Source: Corynebacterium glutamicum ATCC 13032
GTDB taxonomy: Bacteria; Actinomycetota; Actinomycetes; Mycobacteriales; Mycobacteriaceae
Assembly: GCF_000011325.1 (NCBI RefSeq)
Contig: NC_003450.3
Span: 3,210,001-3,242,000 of the forward strand
Reading direction: 5' to 3'
DNA length: 32,000 nt
The notes below the pieces were generated by a model that did not search any database, was not told the DNA's origin, and worked only from the letters and a program-made list of their open reading frames with translations. Every line of letters begins with the position of its first letter. The stretch's first letter is position 1. Of this stretch, positions 1 to 8,777 are shown piece by piece. Both the position numbers and the translations under genes were made by a program.

Positions 1-1187
1 ACGCGCTGGTAGGAGAGTGCGAGGGCTTCGAAAACGCCGCGCCACAAGTGTTCAGGGCCGGTTTGTTCCTGAATGTTGGTGATCGTGGCCTGCGCTGAGG
101 CTGCCCAGCCGATGGAGCGTTCCCCGGAGAAGAACGGCAGGACAGCTGGGGTGCCTTCGAGGGGTTCGCGGATCAGCACTTCGTCGAGGTTTTCAGGCTT
201 GATAATGGTGCGTTCCAGCCAGGTGACGGCGCGTCCGACGTCGTTGAGTGCGCCACCAACGATGCACTGGTCGCGGGAAACGCGGTAACACCACAGGCCA
301 GAGGGGATCTGTTCGGGAACGCTCGGAAGGATCACGCGCATGGCGCCGGATGTAGCGGCGGCGACTGCGACGGTTTTAGAATCCACGGCGCCTGGGCCAA
401 TGTTGGAAGGCCAGCCGTCTGGAATGGCATGGAACCAAGGGATTTCTTCCAGGTGCTTCCACTTTTTGTCGACAACTTTGGCATCGGTGGCTGGTTCATC
501 AGGGTTTCTGATCTCACCGAACAGAGCCGGATCAACACCGATGTGCTCCAAGATAGTCAGATCAAGTTCGCCGGTATGGGCGTCCAAAATGCCACTCCAC
601 GCGGCAATCGAAGTAGCCATTCCGGTGATGCCTGCAAGTTTGAAGTAGACGTACTCACCGATGGTCATCACATACTTGGCTTTGTTGAACTCTTCCTCGA
701 ACTCAGTTTTCAGCCACAGCAGGCGCGATGGGTGGTAGGAGGTGTGCAGGCAGACGCCGGTGCGGCCGTGGTAGGCCTCCTCATCGATTTCCGCGCGCAG
801 CTGCTCCACATACTGTGCAGAACGAGAATCCGCGTAGGTAATGCACGGGGTGAGCGCATTGCCTTCACCATCGACCAAGATTAATGAGGATGCAAAAGAA
901 TCTAGCGCGACAGCGGCGATCTGATCTTTGATGTTGTGATGATCAGCCGCGTTCAAAATGCCATTAATAACTGAGGTGATCTCCGAAACCACCTGGTCAG
1001 CATCAATGGTGGAAACGCCCTCACCGGTGGTGAATTCATGGGATTCGCGCTGCTTGGTGCCTTTGATTGGGCAGCCGGAAGCATCATAAAGTCCACCTCG
1101 TGATGCAGTGGAACCAATATCCATAGCAAGGACATAAGGTCCACGTGAGTCATCAAAAGGGATGGACATTGTTGGAATTGATCCCAT
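1..1187 (-). CDS. FGGY-family carbohydrate kinase (gluconokinase-like), 3' end cut by window edge
   Basis: Absent from the ORF track because the frame runs off the window. My translation from ATG 1187 (AAGGAAAC SD 4 nt upstream) gives MGSIPTMSIPFDDSRGPYVLAMDIGSTASRGGLYDASGCPIKGTKQRESHEFTTGE... The frame is still open at position 3 (...GPEHLWRGVFEALALSYQRV). The LAMDIGSTxxR N-terminal ATPase motif is typical of FGGY sugar kinases. A stop beyond position 1021 (down to which I translated the frame directly without a stop) would have produced a listed ORF of at least 60 aa, and none is listed. Confidence 0.8.
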   Translation of the reverse strand, partial: MGSIPTMSIPFDDSRGPYVLAMDIGSTASRGGLYDASGCPIKGTKQRESHEFTTGEGVSTIDADQVVSEITSVINGILNAADHHNIKDQIAAVALDSFASSLILVDGEGNALTPCITYADSRSAQYVEQLRAEIDEEAYHGRTGVCLHTSYHPSRLLWLKTEFEEEFNKAKYVMTIGEYVYFKLAGITGMATSIAAWSGILDAHTGELDLTILEHIGVDPALFGEIRNPDEPATDAKVVDKKWKHLEEIPWFHAIPDGWPSNIGPGAVDSKTVAVAAATSGAMRVILPSVPEQIPSGLWCYRVSRDQCIVGGALNDVGRAVTWLERTIIKPENLDEVLIREPLEGTPAVLPFFSGERSIGWAASAQATITNIQEQTGPEHLWRGVFEALALSYQR

Positions 1188-1243
1188 AAGGTTTCCTTTA
1201 AAGGTCTGACTAATAAAGAATATTCTTTAAGGATATAGCGTGA

Positions 1244-1837
1244 TCACGCGAAAACATGCATGGGAGTATTGCTCAATTGCTGTGCTTCTCCCAGATCAAC
1301 CACCTTGTCGGGATCGCCAAGCCTTGGCCCCAGTGCCACCAAGACTGCAAAAACTACTGCCAGAATCAGTGCGAGCCAAACCCACACCTTAAAAAATCTC
1401 TCCCCAAAGATCTTGGCAATTAATGCTCCCGCACCGGCACCAAGAGTATTGAAAATAAGGTCATCGATGTCGCTGTAGCCCAGCATGAAAACATACTGAG
1501 ATATCTCAATAGCCAGGCTAAATAGCGCGCCCACCCGCATCGTGTGAATGACTGAATTCTTATGCCACGACCCAGATGTTTTTAACAGGACGTAGAACAG
1601 CACTCCGAAGGGGACAAAGAAAGCGAAGTTTCCTCCGTAACCAAATAGCGGAGAAAACCATGAACTGGATTCGATGAAGTCATTGAATGGCACTAAAGAA
1701 ATCGAACGATTCCTATGGGCTTCCGGTACCCACAACAATCCAATGACGAAGAATGATTTCAACATGGTCAACGAAACCATGACAGCGCTGTAAGCAATCA
1801 GCGCGAGGGCAATCATCGAAGTGGAAGGGGCTCTCAT
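1244..1837 (-). CDS. VanZ-like family integral membrane protein
   Basis: 197-aa ORF with multiple hydrophobic segments. The C-terminal GYSDIDDLIFNTLGAGAGALIA motif is characteristic of VanZ-like proteins. It is a paralogue of the next gene. Confidence 0.8.
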   Translation of the reverse strand: MRAPSTSMIALALIAYSAVMVSLTMLKSFFVIGLLWVPEAHRNRSISLVPFNDFIESSSWFSPLFGYGGNFAFFVPFGVLFYVLLKTSGSWHKNSVIHTMRVGALFSLAIEISQYVFMLGYSDIDDLIFNTLGAGAGALIAKIFGERFFKVWVWLALILAVVFAVLVALGPRLGDPDKVVDLGEAQQLSNTPMHVFA

Positions 1838-1901
1838 GAGTCCTGATCATATAAGGACAACATGGATTTTTCGCCCGCGCAAGCGGAACTGCTGAAACCT
1901 T

Positions 1902-2513
1902 CTAGGCGATAAAACTTGAATACATCATCATCGCCATCACAGATAGTGAACCGCCCATGATGATTCCGCTGACTACCTTGGAGGATTTAAGCGAGACAAG
2001 CGCTGCTACGGATGCTCCAATGAGTCCGCCGATCGTATTAAACAACAGGTCATCGACATCTGAATATCCAATAGCAAACACCCATTGCAGAACTTCGATA
2101 CTGAGGCTGGTGACGCTGGCAAACAGGATGGTTTCTACGAAGGGGAATCGATGGTTGAATCTACGGAGCATTTTGTACAGGAAAAACCCAAATGGCATGA
2201 ACAGTGCGATGTTGCCAAAAGTGTTGGTCCAAGGCCCCCACCAAATTGGTGGATCAGCAAAGCCGTTGAAAAGCTCTAAGTCGATGGATCTGTATTGGTG
2301 TGCTTCTGTGTTCCACAGTCCGCCTAAAGAAAGGCGACTTTTAAGAAGTGTCATCATCACAAGCAGCACCAGGTACACGCCGAAGGAAAACGCGAACAGT
2401 AAAGAAGAGGCATTGAAGCTCTTCTTCACTGATTCGTCCTTTTGTGGCGGGGCATGGTGGGAACCGTGTGGCACTTGTGGAGCCTGGATTCCGGAGGCGT
2501 GAATGGTTGACAT
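1902..2513 (-). CDS. VanZ-like family integral membrane protein (paralogue)
   Basis: The track ORF is 1902..2564 and starts at TTG; I prefer the in-frame ATG at 2513 (MSTIHASG...). Same architecture and same motif (GYSDVDDLLFNTIGGLIGASVA) as 1244..1837. The start is uncertain. Confidence 0.75.
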   Translation of the reverse strand: MSTIHASGIQAPQVPHGSHHAPPQKDESVKKSFNASSLLFAFSFGVYLVLLVMMTLLKSRLSLGGLWNTEAHQYRSIDLELFNGFADPPIWWGPWTNTFGNIALFMPFGFFLYKMLRRFNHRFPFVETILFASVTSLSIEVLQWVFAIGYSDVDDLLFNTIGGLIGASVAALVSLKSSKVVSGIIMGGSLSVMAMMMYSSFIA

Positions 2514-2612
2514 ATGGCCAACCCTAGGGGGATGGCCTGTGTGTTCACTGTTAGGTTTCCTCAAAATCTTTAACGAACAACGAAGAGCTTGCCCGAGAGT
2601 ATCTTGGGTCGC

Positions 2613-3935
2613 ATGGACACAAAATTAGGCGCTGAATTGGGTACTGAATTTGATCTCATTGTTGTTGGTTTCGGCAAAGCAGGCAAGACTATCGCGATGA
2701 AACGCTCGGCAGCGGGGGATAAGGTCGCACTGATCGAGCAGAGTCCACAGATGTATGGCGGTACCTGCATCAATGTAGGTTGCATCCCCACGAAGAAGTT
2801 GTTGTTTGAGACTGCAACGGGCAAGGATTTCCCGGATGCGGTTGTGGCGCGTGATCAGTTGATTGGCAAGCTGAATGCCAAGAATCTTGCGATGGCCACA
2901 GACAAGGGTGTCACCGTCATTGATGGAAAAGCTACGTTTACAGCTAGCCACGAAATCACAGTAACTTCAGGTAGTGACACTCTTGTGCTGTATGCGCCAA
3001 CGATTGTGATCAACACGGGCTCCACGCCGGTCATCCCCAATGTCCCAGGCACCGACAATCCGCATGTTTTTGATTCCACTGGCATTCAGCACATTTCGCC
3101 CCTGCCGAAGCACCTCGCGATCATCGGCGGTGGCCCCATCGGTTTGGAATTTGCCACGCTTTTCAGTGGACAAGGCTCCAAAGTCACCATCATCGACCGT
3201 GGTGAATTGCCGCTGAAAAATTTCGACAGGGAAGTAGCGGAGCTGGCCAAAACCGACCTGGAGGCCCGCGGAATCACCTTCCTCAACAACGCTGAACTCA
3301 CCGGATTCAGCGGTGACCTCACCATCGCGCTCAAAGACCACGACCTCCTCGCCGACGCCGCACTTCTTGCCATCGGCCGACGCCCGGCCACCGACGGGCT
3401 CGGCCTTGAACAGGCGGGCATCAAAACAGGCACGCGTGGGGAGGTGCTTGTCGACGCCCACCTCCGGACCAACATCGACGGCATCTTCGCTGTAGGTGAT
3501 GTCAATGGCGGCCCGCAGTTTACCTACGTGTCCTACGATGACCACCGCATTGTGCTGGATCAACTAGCCGGAACAGGTAAGAAATCCACTGCACACCGAC
3601 TGATCCCCACCACCACGTTCATCGAACCGCCGTTATCCACCATCGGTGACAACACTGAAGGGGAAAATGTGGTGGTGAAAAAGGCCTTGATTGCAGATAT
3701 GCCGATCGTTCCCCGACCAGAGATTATTAACCAACCTCACGGTATGGTGAAGTTTTTCGTCGACAAGCAATCTGATGCGCTGCTCGGCGCGACCTTGTAC
3801 TGCGCCGACTCCCAGGAGCTCATCAACACCGTGGCGCTTGCCATGCGGCATGGCGTCACCGCCTCCGAGCTTGGCGACGGCATCTACACCCACCCCGCCA
3901 CCTCGGAGATCTTCAACCAATTATTGGGCAGTTAA
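2613..3935 (+). CDS. Class-I pyridine nucleotide-disulfide oxidoreductase, RclA/YkgC-like (annotated merA-like in some genomes)
   Basis: The track ORF is 2589..3935 (TTG); in-frame ATG 2613 is preferred. Motifs: FAD fold DLIVVGFGKAGKT, redox-active CxxxxC in GGTCINVGCIPTK, second dinucleotide fold IIGGGPIGLEFA, and dimerisation motif THPATSE. It closely resembles E. coli RclA as I remember it. There is no NmerA metal-binding domain. Confidence 0.85.
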   Translation: MDTKLGAELGTEFDLIVVGFGKAGKTIAMKRSAAGDKVALIEQSPQMYGGTCINVGCIPTKKLLFETATGKDFPDAVVARDQLIGKLNAKNLAMATDKGVTVIDGKATFTASHEITVTSGSDTLVLYAPTIVINTGSTPVIPNVPGTDNPHVFDSTGIQHISPLPKHLAIIGGGPIGLEFATLFSGQGSKVTIIDRGELPLKNFDREVAELAKTDLEARGITFLNNAELTGFSGDLTIALKDHDLLADAALLAIGRRPATDGLGLEQAGIKTGTRGEVLVDAHLRTNIDGIFAVGDVNGGPQFTYVSYDDHRIVLDQLAGTGKKSTAHRLIPTTTFIEPPLSTIGDNTEGENVVVKKALIADMPIVPRPEIINQPHGMVKFFVDKQSDALLGATLYCADSQELINTVALAMRHGVTASELGDGIYTHPATSEIFNQLLGS

Positions 3936-5164
3936 CGCAGCGGATCGAACGGCTTGATGATCGGGTTGGTGTTGCCCGTAGCCATCAGCTCCGCCAAATA
4001 CTTACCGGTGGCAGGGCCCAGCACCACACCCCACATGCCGTGACCACCGGCAACGTAAATGTTCTCCGCCTTGGTCTGCCCAATCAACGGACGCCCATCC
4101 GGAGTGACCGGGCGGGAACCCACCCACTCATCCTGACGATCGTTGAAATCAATACCTCTCATAACCTTCTTCGCCTGCGAAACAATCGCATCCACCCGGC
4201 CCTGCTGGAACGGCTCATCCGGACCGCGGAACTCCATGGTGCCCGCAATGCGGAAACGGCCCTCATACGGCGTGCAGGCCATGCGGTGGTGGGGAAGGTA
4301 CACAGAATGCTTGGCAGGAATATCCGTTGCCACAGAGAAGGAATAGCCACGACCAGCCTGAACAAGAGTTTTCACACCGTATTCACGCGTTAGACCCGGC
4401 AGCCAGGCACCCGTTGCCACAACCACCTTGTCCGCTTCTTCACGGCTACCATCCGCCAAAATGACCGCGGGACGATCACCCTTCGCCACATGCACAACTT
4501 CTGCCCCGGCGCGGATCACGCCACCACGCTTCACCACAGCATCCGCCAATGACTGCACGTATGGACCCGGCTCGATGAAACGCTGGCCTTCCAAACGGTA
4601 AGCCACCTGAATTTGCTCATTCAGCATCGGCGCCAACTCTTGTGGATTCTCCAGTCGAGACATCTCCACTTTCTGGCCGTGCCTGCTCACGCCATCAATT
4701 TCCTTACGGAAACCCGCCGATTGGCGCTCTTCCTCAAAACCAATAACAAATGGACCTTCATGGGTGAGGCCTTCCACGCCACCGATCGACAGTTCATCAA
4801 AAGCTTCGAGCGCGACCTTATCGATCTCCGTGAGGTCCGCCATCGTGGAATCCCACTTGCGTTGAAAAGCCTGCGCCATAAATTGCGCCAAGAAAAGCCA
4901 CAGTTTGGGATCCACACGAAGTGGCATATGCATCGGCGACACCGGATTGAACAGCTCTTTCGGACCATACGTCCACAGCCCCGGCTCCGACAACGGAATA
5001 GTTTTCGCCGGCGCTAACCAACCAGCATTACCCCACGAAGAACCTGCAGCGACACCATCCCGATCAAGGACGCTCACCTCGAACCCGTGCTCCTGTAAAT
5101 GCCAGGCGGTGGCAAGACCCACTATGCCGGCTCCAACAACAATGACTTTTCCAGACGAACTCAT
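3932..5164 (-). CDS. dadA: FAD-dependent oxidoreductase, D-amino-acid dehydrogenase (DadA/DAO) family
   Basis: The track ORF is 3932..5212. I moved the start to ATG 5164, which is preceded by AGGAGG (CTCAGGAGGGTTTCATG). It has the N-terminal fold KVIVVGAGIVGLATAWHL. Its stop shares a TTAA (3932-3935) with the convergent upstream gene. Confidence 0.8.
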   Translation of the reverse strand: MSSSGKVIVVGAGIVGLATAWHLQEHGFEVSVLDRDGVAAGSSWGNAGWLAPAKTIPLSEPGLWTYGPKELFNPVSPMHMPLRVDPKLWLFLAQFMAQAFQRKWDSTMADLTEIDKVALEAFDELSIGGVEGLTHEGPFVIGFEEERQSAGFRKEIDGVSRHGQKVEMSRLENPQELAPMLNEQIQVAYRLEGQRFIEPGPYVQSLADAVVKRGGVIRAGAEVVHVAKGDRPAVILADGSREEADKVVVATGAWLPGLTREYGVKTLVQAGRGYSFSVATDIPAKHSVYLPHHRMACTPYEGRFRIAGTMEFRGPDEPFQQGRVDAIVSQAKKVMRGIDFNDRQDEWVGSRPVTPDGRPLIGQTKAENIYVAGGHGMWGVVLGPATGKYLAELMATGNTNPIIKPFDPLR

Positions 5165-5254
5165 GAAACCCTCCTGAGGGTGGGGTGGACTCCTAGTGCC
5201 CCCAGTATTCATGAGTTCGTACTTAAATGTATTGGTTTGGAAATTCCTATGGGG

Positions 5255-6883
5255 TTATTTCTTGCGGCCTTTCAAAACTAGCCAGCTGGCAAACGCAGCG
5301 AACGCCAAAATGAGTGCGACGATAGCGCCAACAATGAGCGGGGAGATTCCAGTGCTGCTTTCCTCAGTTGCGGTATTTTGAGCTGGCTCATCTGGTTGAG
5401 TGCTTGGGCTAGAGGATTCTGAGGTGGTTGCAGAAACCTTTTCAAACACTGGGCCTGGCTCTGCATCACCAAAAGCATCCGCTGCTAAGCGATAACGAAG
5501 GGGAAAAGACTGCTGGTTGCTGGCATCTCTGATTGTACTGCCACTGAGATCGTCATAGTGCACAACGAGGTAGTAATCGCCTTCAAACGTAAACGTGCTG
5601 GTGGCCTTAGAAGTAGTGCCAAATCCGCCTTCAGCAGGGAACATATTCAGATAAGTCAGTGCAACTGGCGCTGCAAAATACTCACTGGTGCCCTCACGTG
5701 GAGCGATATCCGTCCACATATCAACTCCGGCGTCCTGTCGTGTTGGCGAATACACTGCAACACCCAATTTGTCCGTCACGCCAGGATCATCTGGTGCCGT
5801 GTTTTCTACAACTTCCACAAAGCCATGCAGCTGCTGACCAGTTGCCATAGGCAGGCGATAAACGTGATTTTCACCAGGTACGATCTCTGCTTCAACACCT
5901 TCACCTGGAGTTAGCTCCGTAGCGTTGGTAAACCAAGATCCGCCAGTGGTGGGTGCCCATGTTTGTACTGCGGCCACGTCGAGATCTGGGATTTCACGCT
6001 GTTGATCACCGAGTGGAAGCCCTGACGTATCCGCGTGATTAAGGCGCTTTACCACGATCTCAACAGGTAATTCTTCTTCCCAATTGAAAGGCTGGCTTCT
6101 GGTGATTGCGAGAACCAGTTCATCGGTATCGCACTTATCTCCAATCACATCTGACTCCACACTGGCAACCAAAGGCCGCGCACCGTAATTATCAAGAATT
6201 TGATCATTGCTGATCGAACGATGACAGGTTTGATCTTGTTCATCTCCGAAAAGCAGTTCATTCCTAATGCTCAGGTAGTCGTTCCCGAGTCCAAAAGTCA
6301 CTGGCGCAACATACGAGGTGGTTACCTGCACACGTTCATAATCTTCAACGGGAATGGACCAGTACTGAGTTACTTCGCCGTCTTTATTATCTAGTGCTGG
6401 AAGATCGGCTTTGAACAATTCCACATCATCTGGAATTGGGGTCAGGCTTGTTTGGCTGCTGTTGCCATCGATTTGTTCCAGGTCTGATTCATAGCCCACT
6501 GCCGTGCGGGTGGCAGCTCGCTTCAGTTCTGCCACAAGCGAATCCGCATCGCTCGCATCTGCATAAGTACCGTTTCCAGCCTGCGCAATGCACTCCAGTT
6601 CCGCGCGAGCAGACTCATCGACGTTGAATCCAACAGTGTTAATCACCAGATCAACACCCTGGTCGGCTAGTTCTGCAGCAACCTCACACACTGGAGGGGG
6701 CGTACACGTTGCAATGCCATCAGAGACCAATACGATGGTGCCAGATTGGCCTTCAGGCAATTCTGCTGCAGCCTTGCGCAGGGATTCACCAATCGGCGTA
6801 TAGCCCCGCGGTTGGAGGCTATCGATGTGTTGTTTAAGCTGCTCAGCCTGCCCATTAGTTGGCCCGCGGACGACGGTGATGTC
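5255..6883 (-). pseudogene. VWA-domain secreted/anchored protein, portion downstream of an in-frame TAG
   Basis: The reading frame is continuous with 6884..7216. Codons 6883..6761 (DITVVRGPTNGQAEQLKQHIDSLQPRGYTPIGESLRKAAAEL) carry on the VWA fold into IVLVSDGIATCTPPPVCEVAAELADQGVDLVINTVGFNV. A Ser/Thr/Pro-rich linker and a single C-terminal TM helix (ISPLIVGAIVALILAFAAFASWLVLKGRKK) follow. The M at 6760 in the track is only a TTG codon. Confidence 0.75.
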
Positions 6884-7216
6884 CTAGCAACCGGCTTCAT
6901 AATCTTCTGGTGTTTCACCAGTGTTTCCGCCGTAGGTCACCAAACCTAAGTCGAGGGTTCCAGCGAGCTCATCAATAAACTGATTCGTAGCCTCTTTGGC
7001 GGCATCTGACCTGCTTTGCCCACCAGCATCTGGAGTCACCATCGATCCCGAGCTATCTAACACCAGCATCGTGGGAACTCCGCGGGATGTAGATTCTGTT
7101 TGCGCATTCGCGGTGGAGGGCACGCTTAAAACTATGAGAAGAATACTTGTTATTACGGCAAGGAATATCGTTTGCCGTTGTCTGGTGGATTGTCCAGCTA
7201 GGTGCACAATGAACAC
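6884..7216 (-). pseudogene. VWA-domain protein, N-terminal fragment (signal peptide plus MIDAS start) ending at an in-frame TAG
   Basis: GTG start at 7216. Signal peptide IFLAVITSILLIVLSVPSTANA-Q. MIDAS DxSxS motif in MLVLDSSGSM. The fragment ends ...EDYEAGC-TAG at 6886-6884, in the same frame as the 501-aa ORF. Confidence 0.75.
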
Positions 7217-7394
7217 TCTCTCAGTCGTCGAGCAGAAAAATGGACTACCGTCAGCATTTTCAGCGGGAGGTCAGTTTCTTTGAGAATTACATAGCGATCG
7301 CAGCAAATACCGATCTTGGTAATTCAAACTAGCAACTTTGTGAGAAGTTCGACCTCTGAATAAAGAACTTTTTGACAACAATGTTCTTATTTAA

Positions 7395-7434
7395 ATAAAA
7401 AATTCCGCGTGCATCATTCAATGCATACGGAATT
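7395..7434 (-). terminator. Rho-independent terminator of the small secreted-protein gene
   Basis: Hairpin 7401-7434: AATTCCG..TGCAT / ATGCA..CGGAATT, 12 bp with a 2-nt internal mismatch and a 6-nt loop. On the minus strand it is followed by TTTTATTTAA. Confidence 0.7.
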
Positions 7435-7454
7435 ATTTAAGATTGCAGTGGCAA

Positions 7455-7778
7455 TTAGTAGCGTGGGATCTCCAGCTTGATGCCGGCCTGTGCAGCAGCC
7501 TGCTCGATTGCAGGAAGGTTTGCGTACACAAGACCGGAGATAGCAACTGCGGTTGCGGCCAGGGTGTAGCCGTACCAAGCGGAACCGAATGGGGTTACAT
7601 CGTCGAAGTCCTTAGAGGAACCCCAGATGTCGCGCTCGTAGTCGCTAGCACCGAGTGCGTCGCCAACCTGAGAAGATGCAGAAGAACCGGTGGTGGACTG
7701 AGCCATTGCAGGAGTAGCGGTCAGTGCAAGTGCACCTGCGGTCAGCAGTGCAACGGAAGCAGTACGAAGTTTACGCAT
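7455..7778 (-). CDS. Small secreted protein of unknown function
   Basis: 107 aa with an AAGGA SD. Sec signal peptide MRKLRTASVALLTAGALALTATPAMA-Q and a C-terminal hydrophobic stretch (YTLAATAVAISGLVYANL). It has its own strong terminator. Confidence 0.7.
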   Translation of the reverse strand: MRKLRTASVALLTAGALALTATPAMAQSTTGSSASSQVGDALGASDYERDIWGSSKDFDDVTPFGSAWYGYTLAATAVAISGLVYANLPAIEQAAAQAGIKLEIPRY

Positions 7779-7993
7779 GAGAATATCCTTAAAATCGATT
7801 GTTAATTACCCAGATAAAGATTAGCAATGTTTCTTACTTTAAGCGCAGTTAATTGCAAAATTACCCCTATTACGGGAGGTCTAGAGCTTATTTAATTATT
7901 AGCTTTCCAATACAAAATTTAAATCCCAGAGCGATCTGCCCCACACTTACTTGATGCGGGAACAAATTTGAAGGTTTTTCAGTTGCTATAGGT

Positions 7994-8605
7994 ATGACTA
8001 CAGTTACTCAAGACCTTCTAGCACTTGACGAAGACGCACAGAACCTCCTTTTCCGTGAGGCTCGCACCGCAAATGCTTTCACTGATGAACCAATCTCTGA
8101 CGAGCAGATCGAAGCAATCTTCGACCTAGTTAAGTGGGCACCAACCGCAATGAACTCCCAGCCTCTGCGCGTGGTAATTGTTCGTTCCGAAGAAGCCAAA
8201 GCTCGCCTCGTGCCATTGATGGCAGAAGGCAACCAGGCCAAGGTTGCTGCAGCTCCTGCGGTCGCACTTCTTGCAGCCGACATCGACTTCCACGAAGAAA
8301 TGCCCAAGCTCTTCCCACCTTTCCCAGGCGCACGCGACATGTTCGAAGCCGATGAAGCTTCACGTGCTTCCTCCGCAGAACTCAATGCTGGCCTTCAGAT
8401 CGGATACGCCATCATCGGTATCCGCGCAGCAGGTCTCGCCGCTGGCCCAATGACCGGCATGGATGCAGACGCTATCTCCAAGGAGTTCTTCCCAGACGGC
8501 CGCCACCGCGTTCTGGTTGCCATCAACATGGGTAAGCCAGCTGACAATGCTTGGTACGACCGCCTGCCACGCCTTGAGCAGGACGAAGTTGTCGAAACCC
8601 TCTAG
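7994..8605 (+). CDS. Nitroreductase-family protein, RutE-like (malonic semialdehyde reductase type)
   Basis: 203 aa. LFREARTANAFTDEPISDEQ...KWAPTAMNSQPLRVV...RLPRLEQDEV parallels E. coli RutE (LFTDARTHNGW..PVSDE...KWGPTSANCSP...RLPRLSFEE) as I remember it. Confidence 0.85.
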   Translation: MTTVTQDLLALDEDAQNLLFREARTANAFTDEPISDEQIEAIFDLVKWAPTAMNSQPLRVVIVRSEEAKARLVPLMAEGNQAKVAAAPAVALLAADIDFHEEMPKLFPPFPGARDMFEADEASRASSAELNAGLQIGYAIIGIRAAGLAAGPMTGMDADAISKEFFPDGRHRVLVAINMGKPADNAWYDRLPRLEQDEVVETL

Positions 8606-8645
8606 AAACCACTCTAGAAATAGCTTTAGAAAGACTTAAATAGAT

Positions 8646-8679
8646 GCCCCGGCTAGTTACATACTGGCCGGGGCGTTTT
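8646..8679 (+). terminator. Rho-independent terminator after the nitroreductase gene
   Basis: GCCCCGGC (8646-8653) pairs with GCCGGGGC (8667-8674), an 8-bp GC stem with a 13-nt loop, followed by GTTTT. Confidence 0.6.
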
Positions 8680-8777
8680 CCATTTACACATCTGTTCGAC
8701 TCGCGCCCGAATGATGTCGCATCAACATGAGAAGCTACTTCCATACTTTTACTGATTGATAAGAATGGACAAAGACA

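Noticed and set aside
340-884. Plus-strand ORFs of 102 and 151 aa
   Set aside because: They are antisense to the FGGY kinase frame, which is open from 1187 to the window edge. They have no motifs.
2967-3563. Minus-strand ORFs of 198 and 139 aa
   Set aside because: They are antisense to the RclA-like reductase and are Arg/Ala-rich shadow frames.
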